Below, in pieces: positions 52,343 through 61,606 of a stretch of DNA of 64,000 bases. Every line of letters starts with the position of its first letter. Position 1 is the stretch's first letter. Below the pieces are notes generated by a model. It ran no database searches. It was given only the letters and a program-made list of their open reading frames with translations, and had not been told where the DNA came from. The DNA is from Candidatus Micrarchaeia archaeon (GTDB lineage: Archaea; Micrarchaeota; Micrarchaeia; CABMEP01), in contig JAVZXS010000003.1 of assembly GCA_038886535.1 (NCBI GenBank), positions 1 to 64,000 of the forward strand, written 5' to 3'. The translations under genes were made by a program, and so were the position numbers.

Positions 52343-52449
52343 TAAATTTATAATATTCTACTATCATCTTGATTAAAGGATTCAAATTATATCGGGAGAT
52401 ATCGGAAGTAAACAAATAGGTAATAATATAGGTAAGAAGCACAATATAT

Positions 52450-52497
52450 CTTACATTTTTGCAAACTATAATTTTCAAAAATGTTGAAAATTTGCAA
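52450..52497. repeat. 48-bp direct repeat, copy 1 (internally palindromic)
   Basis: CTTACATTTTTGCAAACTATAATTTTCAAAAATGTTGAAAATTTGCAA; 47/48 identical to 53882-53929. Confidence 0.92.
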
Positions 52498-52541
52498 ATT
52501 AAAATCAAAGAATTTATATATTTAACTATTAATAACATTTT

Positions 52542-53786
52542 ATGTTGAAAGATACGATATTAGCACTAAACCCACATTGGGAAGAGAATTTCTTTTATAG
52601 CTATCCATTGAAGCGTAAAGTTTTTACGAAAATTCTTAATTCTCTTTCTCATCCTCTAATGCCTACTTTGATAGGTCCAAGAAGAGTTGGAAAAACAGTT
52701 TTAATGAAACAGACAATAAACCATCTTATCTCTGAAGGATATTTGAGAAAGAATATTCTTTTCTTTAGTTTCGATGAGGAGGTAAAAGAACCATTAGAAA
52801 TAATTAATGCATGGGAAGAGATGATCGCAAAGAAAGTAAGAGGATCAAATTTCTTTGTCTTTTTCGATGAAATTCAAAAACTTGAAAACTGGGCATCAAA
52901 AATAAAACTACTTTATGACAATTTAGGAATAAAAATTTTCTTAAGCGGCTCTGCATCATTAGAAGTAAGAAAAGGATCAGAAAGTCTGGCTGGTAGGACA
53001 GTAGACATATTTGTAAATCCGATCTCGTTCGATGAATATCTTCTTCTTTCAGGAAAGAAGCATTCAGAAATAGATGAAGAAGAGTGGAAAAGTTACGTTA
53101 TGTACATGCATAAACAACTACCAGAACTTGCTCTTTATCCATCAATTGACAGCAAAGAATACATCACAAGTATCGTGAAAAAAGTAATTTTTGAGGATGT
53201 CAAAAAATATTACAGAATAGAAGAATCAGAAACAATTGAAGGAATATTCAAATTTATATGTAGAGATCCAGGACAAATTATTATAATATCCGATCTTGCT
53301 AAGGATTTCGGAATAAGCAGAATAACTGCATCTAACTATCTTCATGCATTAGAAAAGAGTTTTCTATTAAGAAAGCTATACAATTTCTCAAAGAATGCGA
53401 GAAAGATAGAGGTAAAGGCAAAGAAATACTATCCATTTTATACATCACTTGCAGATTATGTTGAATTAACAGACTTTTCGAAGCTTGCAGAAATCGAGGT
53501 AGCTTGGAAAACCCAAGCAGATTTCTTTTGGAATGACAGAGGAAAAGAGATTGATTTTATAAAATTAAAAGATAAAGATTTAACAGCAATTGAGGTAAAA
53601 ACAAGAAATATGATCGATAAGAAAGACATCAAATGGCTTGTAGAAAATAGAATAGGTGCAAAAAGAAGAATCGTGATTACTGGCTTTGACTCTAAATACA
53701 ACCTTGCTAAAGAAGATAAAGAAGAGATTAAAGACATAGAGTTTTTAAGACTTCATAAATTAGAATCAACATTTCAATCAGATTAA
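52542..53786 (+). CDS. AAA_14/DUF4143-type ATPase with wHTH and C-terminal nuclease-like domain
   Basis: GPRRVGKT, FFDEIQ, SGSAS, ESLAGR, EIDF..AIEVK. Confidence 0.88.
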   Translation: MLKDTILALNPHWEENFFYSYPLKRKVFTKILNSLSHPLMPTLIGPRRVGKTVLMKQTINHLISEGYLRKNILFFSFDEEVKEPLEIINAWEEMIAKKVRGSNFFVFFDEIQKLENWASKIKLLYDNLGIKIFLSGSASLEVRKGSESLAGRTVDIFVNPISFDEYLLLSGKKHSEIDEEEWKSYVMYMHKQLPELALYPSIDSKEYITSIVKKVIFEDVKKYYRIEESETIEGIFKFICRDPGQIIIISDLAKDFGISRITASNYLHALEKSFLLRKLYNFSKNARKIEVKAKKYYPFYTSLADYVELTDFSKLAEIEVAWKTQADFFWNDRGKEIDFIKLKDKDLTAIEVKTRNMIDKKDIKWLVENRIGAKRRIVITGFDSKYNLAKEDKEEIKDIEFLRLHKLESTFQSD

Positions 53787-53881
53787 AAACTTCAATCATC
53801 TTAAAGCAATTCAAATACCTTAATAAATTATTGATAAATTATTGAATCACTATTGAATCAGTTTAAAAGAAGCGTTTAAAA

Positions 53882-53929
53882 CTTACATTTTTGCAAACTA
53901 TGATTTTCAAAAATGTTGAAAATTTGCAA
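53882..53929. repeat. 48-bp direct repeat, copy 2
   Basis: CTTACATTTTTGCAAACTATGATTTTCAAAAATGTTGAAAATTTGCAA. Confidence 0.92.
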
Positions 53930-54200
53930 TATGGGATCCTATTCATCTAATATAACTAAGCGGTAGTTTTAAGAGAAAAATCATAGAGTATGTAGCTATC
54001 ATAATAGTTATGGAAATAAAAAGTATGAACATTATAAAATCCTAAAGTTAAATTAAAATCTCCAAAATCGTATCTAAAATCCTTTATTCATTTAGGGATT
54101 CCTCCAAGTAAAAAATCCTATTTTTTCTTTACAGGATTTCTACAAAGCTATACAAAACAATATTTTTATATTACAACACTGTTTTTTCTAAGGTGATAAT

Positions 54201-54803
54201 CTGATAGTAATAGATGTAGAAACAACAGGTCTCGATCCTAAGAAAAATTCTATAATTAGTATAGGCGTAGTTGATTTCTCTAATCCTAAGAGGCAATTTT
54301 ATCGAGAATGCAGGCCATGGGAAGGAGCAATCATAGATGAAGCTGCATTGAATGTAAATGGATTTAAAAAAGATTCTTTGTTTAATCCAAATAAACCTTC
54401 ACTTAAAGAAGCGATAAGCGAGTTTTTTTCATGGTTTCTTAAGTCTGAAAATCAAACTCTTGCAGGACATAACTTTGGTTCATTCGATTCAAAATTTATT
54501 CAAGCAGCTATTGAAATATATGATTTAAGTTTCAGGATACAAAGTAGATCTGTAGATCTCCATTATATTTGCTATGCAGATCATTTAAGAAAAGGAATTC
54601 CTCTTCCTTTAAACAAAAATAGAACGAACATAAATTCTGATTATGCCTTCAAGTATGTTGGACTTCCAGAAGAGCCGCACCCCCATATTGCAATCACAGG
54701 AGCAAAATTTATAGCTGAATCATTCTCAAGATTGATATATGGAAAGATTTTATTAGATGAATTTAGAAAATATAAAATTCCATCCCATCTAAAACAAAAA
54801 TAA
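54201..54803 (+). CDS. DEDDh 3'-5' exonuclease, copy 2 (probable CTG start)
   Basis: Open frame from CTG 54201 gives IVIDVETTGLDPKKNSIISIG, collinear with copy 1; AGGTGA SD. Confidence 0.82.
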   Translation: MIVIDVETTGLDPKKNSIISIGVVDFSNPKRQFYRECRPWEGAIIDEAALNVNGFKKDSLFNPNKPSLKEAISEFFSWFLKSENQTLAGHNFGSFDSKFIQAAIEIYDLSFRIQSRSVDLHYICYADHLRKGIPLPLNKNRTNINSDYAFKYVGLPEEPHPHIAITGAKFIAESFSRLIYGKILLDEFRKYKIPSHLKQK

Positions 54804-54893
54804 TCATAGGAAATCATGTTTAATAAGTATTAAATAGATGTTTTTCTATTTTTTAATATTGCACTTATTAGTTTAATTCTGGATTGTGGAAAT

Positions 54894-57647
54894 ATGTCAC
54901 ATTTGATAATTAAAAAATTCGGTTCTCTTACAGAAATACAGAAGCAAGCAATTCCTTTAGTGCAACAAGGAAAGAACGTTTTAATAATAGCTCCAACCGG
55001 ATCTGGAAAAACAGAGACTGCAGCTGTACCAATAATGGAAAAGATAAAAGAAGCTAATCTTAAAGGGATTGCAGCTATCTATATCACTCCTCTTCGTGCT
55101 TTAAATAGAGATATGCTTAAAAGACTGACAGAATGGGCAAAAGAAATAGGAATAACTATTGCAGTAAGGCATGGAGATACAGGAACTTCTGAAAGATCCT
55201 TACAGGCTAGATCACCTCCACAGTTTCTTATTACAACCCCTGAAACCCTTCAAGCTATTCTACCTGCAAAGAAAATAGGTGAGCATCTTAGAAATGTAAA
55301 ATATGTAATTGTAGATGAACTTCATGAGCTTGCAGATAGCAAAAGAGGAGCTCAGCTTTCAATAGGTCTAGAAAGATTAGCAGAGAAAGCAGGTGAATTT
55401 CAAAGGATTGGAATAAGTGCTACAGTTTCAGATCCAATAAAGTTGTCTCAATTTTTGTGCGGATTCCGTTCATGTGAAATAGTTGATTTAAAATATCTAA
55501 AGTCAATGAAATTTGAGATTTCTTACCCTCAACCAGTAATTCAGCATGAAAAAGAAGCAAACGAGCTTCAGATTGATTCAGCTGCCGTTGCAAGATTAAA
55601 GGAAATTCAAAAAATTATACAGCATCAACGCACTCTTATATTTGTAAATACTCGCTCAATTGCTGAGATTCTCGGTTCTAGGTTGATGAAGTTAGATCCA
55701 AAGATAGCAGTTCACCACGGTTCTCTATCAAAAGAAGTAAGAATTCAATTAGAGGATGATTTCAAAAACGGGAAACTTCATGCTCTTGTTGCTACTTCTT
55801 CATTGGAGCTTGGAATAGATATAGGAGATATTTCACACGTAATTCAATATATGTCACCTAGACAGGTTTCAAGACTTGTTCAGAGGGTAGGAAGAAGCGG
55901 ACATACTATAAAAGGAACTTCAAGAGGAACAATTATATGTGCAGATCCAGATGATGTATTTGAGGCCCATGCACTACTAAAATTAATAGAAGAAGGTCAG
56001 TTAGAAGAACAGCAGATCTGCGAAAATGCATTAGATGTTCTTGCACATCAGATTGCAGGCATATTGATTGAAAGAGATAAGGAAGTAAGTACAGAGGAGG
56101 TTTATAGCATAATAAAGAGAGCCTATCCATATTCAACACTTCATCCAGAGAAGTTTTTATCTGTAATTAATTTTATGGAAGACAAAAGACTTTTGAAAAA
56201 GAACGGAAACATGCTACAGAGAATGTCTTCTACACGTTTATACTACTATGAGCATCTCTCTACAATTCCATCTGTTGAAAAATTCCTTGTAAAGGATGCA
56301 GCAACAAACAAGATAATATCCACTCTTGATGAGGATTTTGTTTCTTTCTTTGAAACAAACGAGCTTTTCATAACTAAAGGGGTTCCATGGAGGATATTGG
56401 ACATTGATAATGAGAGGAGAATTGTAGTGGTGGAGGCAGCAGATGATATAAGCGCAGCTATTCCAGATTGGGAAGGTGAAGAGATACCAACAAGCTATGA
56501 AGTTGCACAGACAGTTGGAAAATTAAGAACCAGCGTCAAGGAGCTTCTAAAGGAATCAGAAGATATAAATAAAGCAGCAAAAGAAACAGGAATAGAAGTA
56601 GAAGCTATAAAGGATTTAATTGATTCACCAGAATTTAGAGAAGTGATGCCAACAAATAAAAACATTCTTATAGAATGTTGGAATGATGTTGCTGTAATAC
56701 ATGTCTTAGGAGGCCTTAATGCAAACAGAACATTAGCTGCAGTGCTTGCAGAGAGATTATCAAAAGAATATGGTTCGTCAATAAAAACGCTTGTGGATGC
56801 GTATAGAATAGCATTGGTTCTTCCAAGGAAGGCAGAGTCAAATGTAGTAAAGGATCAGCTTTTAGCCATAGCCAGATCGGATATAAAATCAGATTTGGAA
56901 TCCCATCTTTCTAAGCATAAGCTTTTTAGATTCAAATTCATCCACATAGGTAAGATGTTTAATTTGTTCCGTGAAACCCCCAGGATTTCAGATCGTTTCA
57001 TCCAGGCCTTTGTAGGAACACCAGTTTATGAAGAGACACTTAGGGATGTTTATTCTTCTTATTATGATCTGAAGAATGCACAAAAAATACTTGATGGAAT
57101 TGCAAAGAAAGAGATTTCTGTCCACTCAGTGCAGGTGAAGAAACTCTCTCCAGTTGCAACACGTGCACTTATAAGGAATCATGGGTCAGAGCTTATTGCA
57201 TCAATAGAGCCAACATCAGAGATAATAAAGGCATTTAAAGCTAAGTTGCTTGGCAAGTCAGTTGTTTTATATTGCATGCATTGCGGAAAGGATTGGATTT
57301 CATTTATTGGAACATTGCAGGAAAAGGTAAAATGCCCAAAGTGCGGAAGCAGTGTTGTTACAATAGTGCCTAATTTCGTCTCTGTAGAGGATATTAGAAA
57401 ACTATTAAAGAAAAAGAGGCTTAATTCAGAGGAAAAAAGCTGGAGAGAAAAACTTGAAAGATCAGCCGCCATAATAAGTGCCTCAGGAAGGAATGGTGTG
57501 ATTACACTTTCTACATATGGAATAGGCCCAACTAAGGCATCCTTCATTCTTAGCAGGCCATATAAGACTGAAGATGAGTTTTATGCAGCCCTCCTTGAAG
57601 CACAGAAGACATTTATAAGAACAAAGAGATTCTGGGAGTTTCATTAA
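54894..57647 (+). CDS. lhr: Lhr-family helicase
   Basis: APTGSGKT, PLRALNRD, DELHE, HHGSLS, SSLELGIDIG, QRVGRSGH, C-terminal Zn ribbon. Confidence 0.92.
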   Translation: MSHLIIKKFGSLTEIQKQAIPLVQQGKNVLIIAPTGSGKTETAAVPIMEKIKEANLKGIAAIYITPLRALNRDMLKRLTEWAKEIGITIAVRHGDTGTSERSLQARSPPQFLITTPETLQAILPAKKIGEHLRNVKYVIVDELHELADSKRGAQLSIGLERLAEKAGEFQRIGISATVSDPIKLSQFLCGFRSCEIVDLKYLKSMKFEISYPQPVIQHEKEANELQIDSAAVARLKEIQKIIQHQRTLIFVNTRSIAEILGSRLMKLDPKIAVHHGSLSKEVRIQLEDDFKNGKLHALVATSSLELGIDIGDISHVIQYMSPRQVSRLVQRVGRSGHTIKGTSRGTIICADPDDVFEAHALLKLIEEGQLEEQQICENALDVLAHQIAGILIERDKEVSTEEVYSIIKRAYPYSTLHPEKFLSVINFMEDKRLLKKNGNMLQRMSSTRLYYYEHLSTIPSVEKFLVKDAATNKIISTLDEDFVSFFETNELFITKGVPWRILDIDNERRIVVVEAADDISAAIPDWEGEEIPTSYEVAQTVGKLRTSVKELLKESEDINKAAKETGIEVEAIKDLIDSPEFREVMPTNKNILIECWNDVAVIHVLGGLNANRTLAAVLAERLSKEYGSSIKTLVDAYRIALVLPRKAESNVVKDQLLAIARSDIKSDLESHLSKHKLFRFKFIHIGKMFNLFRETPRISDRFIQAFVGTPVYEETLRDVYSSYYDLKNAQKILDGIAKKEISVHSVQVKKLSPVATRALIRNHGSELIASIEPTSEIIKAFKAKLLGKSVVLYCMHCGKDWISFIGTLQEKVKCPKCGSSVVTIVPNFVSVEDIRKLLKKKRLNSEEKSWREKLERSAAIISASGRNGVITLSTYGIGPTKASFILSRPYKTEDEFYAALLEAQKTFIRTKRFWEFH

Positions 57648-58129
57648 ACAACTGTATCAATGGGCAAACCAAATTCTAAGTGTTTGACAAACCAAAAAAT
57701 AAGATTTATTTTCTCTACTTATATCTGGGTGGCACTACTTTAGAAAGAATATTGCAAAATAGAAAAAAAAAAGGAAAAATATCTAATTATAATAAAGAAA
57801 AATCACATTTTTCTTTTCATTTATTAATTATAATTAATTATTAAGGTTTTTTATGTTAATTCTCTCTTTTTGCTTTTAAGCTATTAGGGTCTTTGATATA
57901 ATAATCTTTTAAGTTCTGCCTATTGGAAATGATATCATCCTATAAGAGTAGTCGTAAGGATTTTATATAGAGTTTATTCTAATAATTTAATAGGATTTAT
58001 TTAGAACTACTCAAAGATTTTTTAAATATTAGGAAAAAAGGAAAAATTCGAATTCTTACTTTCTCTCTAATATACCTATAGTTCACTTTTAGTCGTCTGA
58101 AAATGTAACTGAAACAGATGCTCCGATAT

Positions 58130-58148
58130 CCACTTTGATTCAAAGTGG
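58130..58148. promoter_or_regulatory. 19-bp palindrome, candidate operator
   Basis: CCACTTTGA-T-TCAAAGTGG, 55 bp upstream of ATG 58204. Confidence 0.5.
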
Positions 58149-58203
58149 CACTTAATAGTAATTAACAATAATATTTATTAAAGTTGATTGCTTACATCTA
58201 TTT

Positions 58204-59496
58204 ATGTCATTTGACAAAGGTCTTTCAAAGAGAGTACCAGAGCTTATCTTTCGGCTTCAGTTCGGAGACTCTTATGCTGCAACACAGCTCAGCCTTATTG
58301 CAGAATCAAAACCTCTTATTCTTGATATGTTAAGGAGCAAAGATCCGATTATCAATAAACTTCCTCCAATAATTATTTCAATCAATCCAAAAAATAGACA
58401 ATGGATGAAAAGGATAGCAATAGAAGGAGGAATGGCTGCAGACAAACCGTTGGAACAGAAGAAAGAAAAGGCATTGGAACAGTATGTTTATGAAATCATT
58501 AAAAAATGGAAATCAAATAAGAAACCTATTGAGGAAAGTATAAAAAAGGACGTTGAGGGTAATCTCCTTTCAAAGCAAGAGCTAAATGAAATAATTCGCA
58601 CAATACCAAAAGAAGAAATTGAGCGCATTAAGAAAGATCTGATGGAATTAAAGGTAGAGCTTTCAAATAAGAATATTGCAGCATATTATTATCATGAGAG
58701 AGAAATAAGAACATCCTGGCTTGTTAATACAACCTATGGCATTCTCACAAGAAATGAAGTAAGGGCATCAATCCCATCGGAAGAGACTGAAAAGGAAATA
58801 AAAAAGATAATTGAATCATGTATACGTGAAAACAAGACACTCCATCTAATAGGATTCTGGGGAGGATATAAAGAAAGTAAGGATGGTAATCCAGATCTTG
58901 CTGATGAAAAGGCGTTGGATAGAATTAAAAGTCAAGTAGAACGCTTAAGATCACTTGGACTTAAAGTGGATGCAACACTTTTTCTTGCTGATTTACATGC
59001 GATATCTCCATTAATGGGAAGATCTTTAGAATTGAAGAGTTCTAGTACAATTTATCTTGCCAAAATCAAACAGATGTGTAATGAGAGAGATATCAACTAC
59101 AAAAGTATAGCTGAAAGTTTTTATGGATTTTCAGTTTCTAACTATGCCTCTACCAAGGAAAGCGGAAAGGAAATTAGCTATGAATATGAATTTAAAGAAG
59201 AAGTTATAAGGCGTGCTAAGGAGTTTTGGAAGAATGCAGACGAAGAAACAAAGGCTACAATTCTAAAAGCTGCAGAAAAGCATACTTTTACAGAAATGGA
59301 AAAAGAGGAAGCTGCACTGGGATATATAGGACACAGACTTTTTGAAAAAGAATGGCTTGAAACATTGGAGGACAGTATTATTATTTCTTATGGTAGTCCA
59401 CGCTTAGCGCCTCTTCTTCCAACAAATACCCTCTTTTGGTATTCAGTAGGCAATCTTTCTAATCCACCATGGTACATGGAAATGAGTGAAATTTAA
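58204..59496 (+). CDS. Hypothetical protein, C-terminal half possibly PvcA/Dit1-like
   Basis: 430-aa ORF; FWGGYK..PDLADEKAL..LFLADLHA..PPWY. Confidence 0.6.
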   Translation: MSFDKGLSKRVPELIFRLQFGDSYAATQLSLIAESKPLILDMLRSKDPIINKLPPIIISINPKNRQWMKRIAIEGGMAADKPLEQKKEKALEQYVYEIIKKWKSNKKPIEESIKKDVEGNLLSKQELNEIIRTIPKEEIERIKKDLMELKVELSNKNIAAYYYHEREIRTSWLVNTTYGILTRNEVRASIPSEETEKEIKKIIESCIRENKTLHLIGFWGGYKESKDGNPDLADEKALDRIKSQVERLRSLGLKVDATLFLADLHAISPLMGRSLELKSSSTIYLAKIKQMCNERDINYKSIAESFYGFSVSNYASTKESGKEISYEYEFKEEVIRRAKEFWKNADEETKATILKAAEKHTFTEMEKEEAALGYIGHRLFEKEWLETLEDSIIISYGSPRLAPLLPTNTLFWYSVGNLSNPPWYMEMSEI

Positions 59497-59609
59497 AAAA
59501 AGATAAAAAGAATTCAAGCGCTTATAGTTCTTCGATATTATCATTCATTTCTTACCTTATCTTTATAGATATTTAATATTATTGCAGTTTACATGCTATT
59601 TTTCAACTG

Positions 59610-60314
59610 TTATTTAAATGGAATTTCTATTCCTATTCTGTGTAGATAGATTGGTGTTGCATCTCCATCTGAAACAAGTGCAGGATTATAGTTAAATTTC
59701 AAATTTCCAATTTGTTTTGAGACGTTTATTTCACCAGTTATCCATTTTGCTTTTCTAATGTCTGCAATATTCCATTCACCAGAACAACTAACAGCAATAT
59801 CTAAAGGTAATTTGAATTTAACAAGATATTCGATTGTTCGTTTATCTCTGATTAAATTTCTTCCATCATACCAAATTGGAAGCATAGCTATGTTCAGTGA
59901 CACCCCTTTTGTAGGTTGAATTGTAGTATTAATACCTATTCCTAATTGACTAAAAATTTCATTATACTGCATTATATTTGTTCTTATTCCAATAACATTT
60001 TTATAAATATTTTTAATTAGAGTGTTTTTTCCAATATAACCTTTCTCTTCATTAAATAGCTTGAGAATAGTAGATCCTTTGATTTCTAATGGAAGATCAT
60101 AATTCCCTGCAATTTTAATATAAGACGCTATTTTTGTATTTTCATGTTGGCCACTTGATACTAAACTAAGGTTCACATTTCCTTGACTGTTAAGTCTAGA
60201 AGGTGGAAGTAACATAGTTGCAAACATAGCTAATGCTATTGCAGTCTTTTTAGTGTTTTTTATTATTTTATACACCTTTGAGACACACATTCTCCTCTCC
60301 ACATTTTTTTCCAT
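59610..60314 (-). CDS. Secreted all-beta protein, putative beta-barrel
   Basis: GAGGTGA SD, signal-like segment, about 12 amphipathic strands, ends HRIGIEIPFK. Confidence 0.7.
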   Translation of the reverse strand: MEKNVERRMCVSKVYKIIKNTKKTAIALAMFATMLLPPSRLNSQGNVNLSLVSSGQHENTKIASYIKIAGNYDLPLEIKGSTILKLFNEEKGYIGKNTLIKNIYKNVIGIRTNIMQYNEIFSQLGIGINTTIQPTKGVSLNIAMLPIWYDGRNLIRDKRTIEYLVKFKLPLDIAVSCSGEWNIADIRKAKWITGEINVSKQIGNLKFNYNPALVSDGDATPIYLHRIGIEIPFK

Positions 60315-60429
60315 TTATATCACCTCACTGTTATAACAATTCTTTATTATTTATTATTAATTGCATTAAAATTTGTAAAAAATAGTAAAAAAATGATAAT
60401 CTTATAAATATTTTCAAATAAATATAGGT

Positions 60430-61497
60430 ATGGCACAAAATGTTAAGGGTACACTCAAAGAGGAAGCTAGAGAAGCAGAATCTCAAGAGGCTAGGAATAT
60501 TAAAAAGCTGAATAAAATAGGAAAAAGAATCTTATTCGAGCTTGACAGAGATTCCTCTCAAACACTTAATGAAATTGGGAAAAAAATAAGAAAGAGTCCA
60601 CAGTATGTTGAATATTGGATCAATAAGTTGAGGAAGGAGGGTTATATTAAGGAGTTTTTAACTATCATTGATTATAAGAAATTAGGATATAACTATTATA
60701 CCTTTTATATTTCACTAAGAATGATAAGTCCTAAGAAGTTGCAGAAACTTTTTGATTATTTTTATCGTGATTCATCAATTACTTTGTTATATAGTTGTTA
60801 TGGTAGATGGGATTTAATTATTGGATTTCTTGCTAAAGATCCATTGGAAGTTGGTGAGAAAATTAAAGATGTCAAAACTAAGTTTAGTGATACGATCGGG
60901 AATTTAAGGGTTGAAACACATGTTGGATCTTTATTTTTAGGTCGAAGACATTTGCTAGAAGGATTGGAAGAGTCTGAATTAGAAAAGTTTTCTTCTTATC
61001 CTATCACGTCAGCTCCTGCGTCAGAAAAGCGTGAAATCATAGAATTTGACAAAAAAGATCTTCAACTTCTCTCTGTTTTGAAGAACAATGCAAGAACTTC
61101 TACAATTGAACTTGCAGAGAAATCCCACCTAACCCCAGATATGGTGAGATACAGATTGAAGAAATTAAGAGAAAAGAAAGTAATATTGAGATATACAATT
61201 CTTCCAGATTATGAAAAGATAGATTGGAAACTTTATCGTGTTCTTATTAAGCTAAGAAGAACTACTCCAATGCGTGAGAGAGAATTATTTAAATTTTTTG
61301 AAAATCAACCTCAAATCATTAGATATACTAAGGAGTTTGGAACATATGATGTTGCAATAGATGTTGAGATTTATGGAAATGCTGATCTGAATAAATTAAT
61401 TCGTGAAATGAAAGCAAATTTTTATGATATTATTTCAGATTTGGATGTACTCCAAGTTGAAAGGGCAGAGAAATCATATTACTTCCTTTCTGTCTAG
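60430..61497 (+). CDS. Tandem (double) Lrp/AsnC transcriptional regulator
   Basis: Two HTH-plus-ligand-binding units: IDYKKLGY..GRWDL and DKKDLQLL..NAR..PDYEKI..GTYDV. Confidence 0.88.
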   Translation: MAQNVKGTLKEEAREAESQEARNIKKLNKIGKRILFELDRDSSQTLNEIGKKIRKSPQYVEYWINKLRKEGYIKEFLTIIDYKKLGYNYYTFYISLRMISPKKLQKLFDYFYRDSSITLLYSCYGRWDLIIGFLAKDPLEVGEKIKDVKTKFSDTIGNLRVETHVGSLFLGRRHLLEGLEESELEKFSSYPITSAPASEKREIIEFDKKDLQLLSVLKNNARTSTIELAEKSHLTPDMVRYRLKKLREKKVILRYTILPDYEKIDWKLYRVLIKLRRTTPMRERELFKFFENQPQIIRYTKEFGTYDVAIDVEIYGNADLNKLIREMKANFYDIISDLDVLQVERAEKSYYFLSV

Positions 61498-61606
61498 TTT
61501 TTAGCTGTAAATCTATATCAATTTATCTTAAATTGGAAGCAAATAAAAAAGAATCTAAATTAATTCGATAAGATATAAATTTATAAATAAAAAATAAAAG
61601 AAAAAC

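Noticed and set aside
52450..53929. 48-bp repeats as a CRISPR array or IS ends
   Set aside because: Only two copies 1.4 kb apart in direct orientation; no cas or transposase gene
60430..61497. Double Lrp regulator as a novelty
   Set aside because: Tandem Lrp/AsnC proteins are, to my knowledge, common in DPANN genomes
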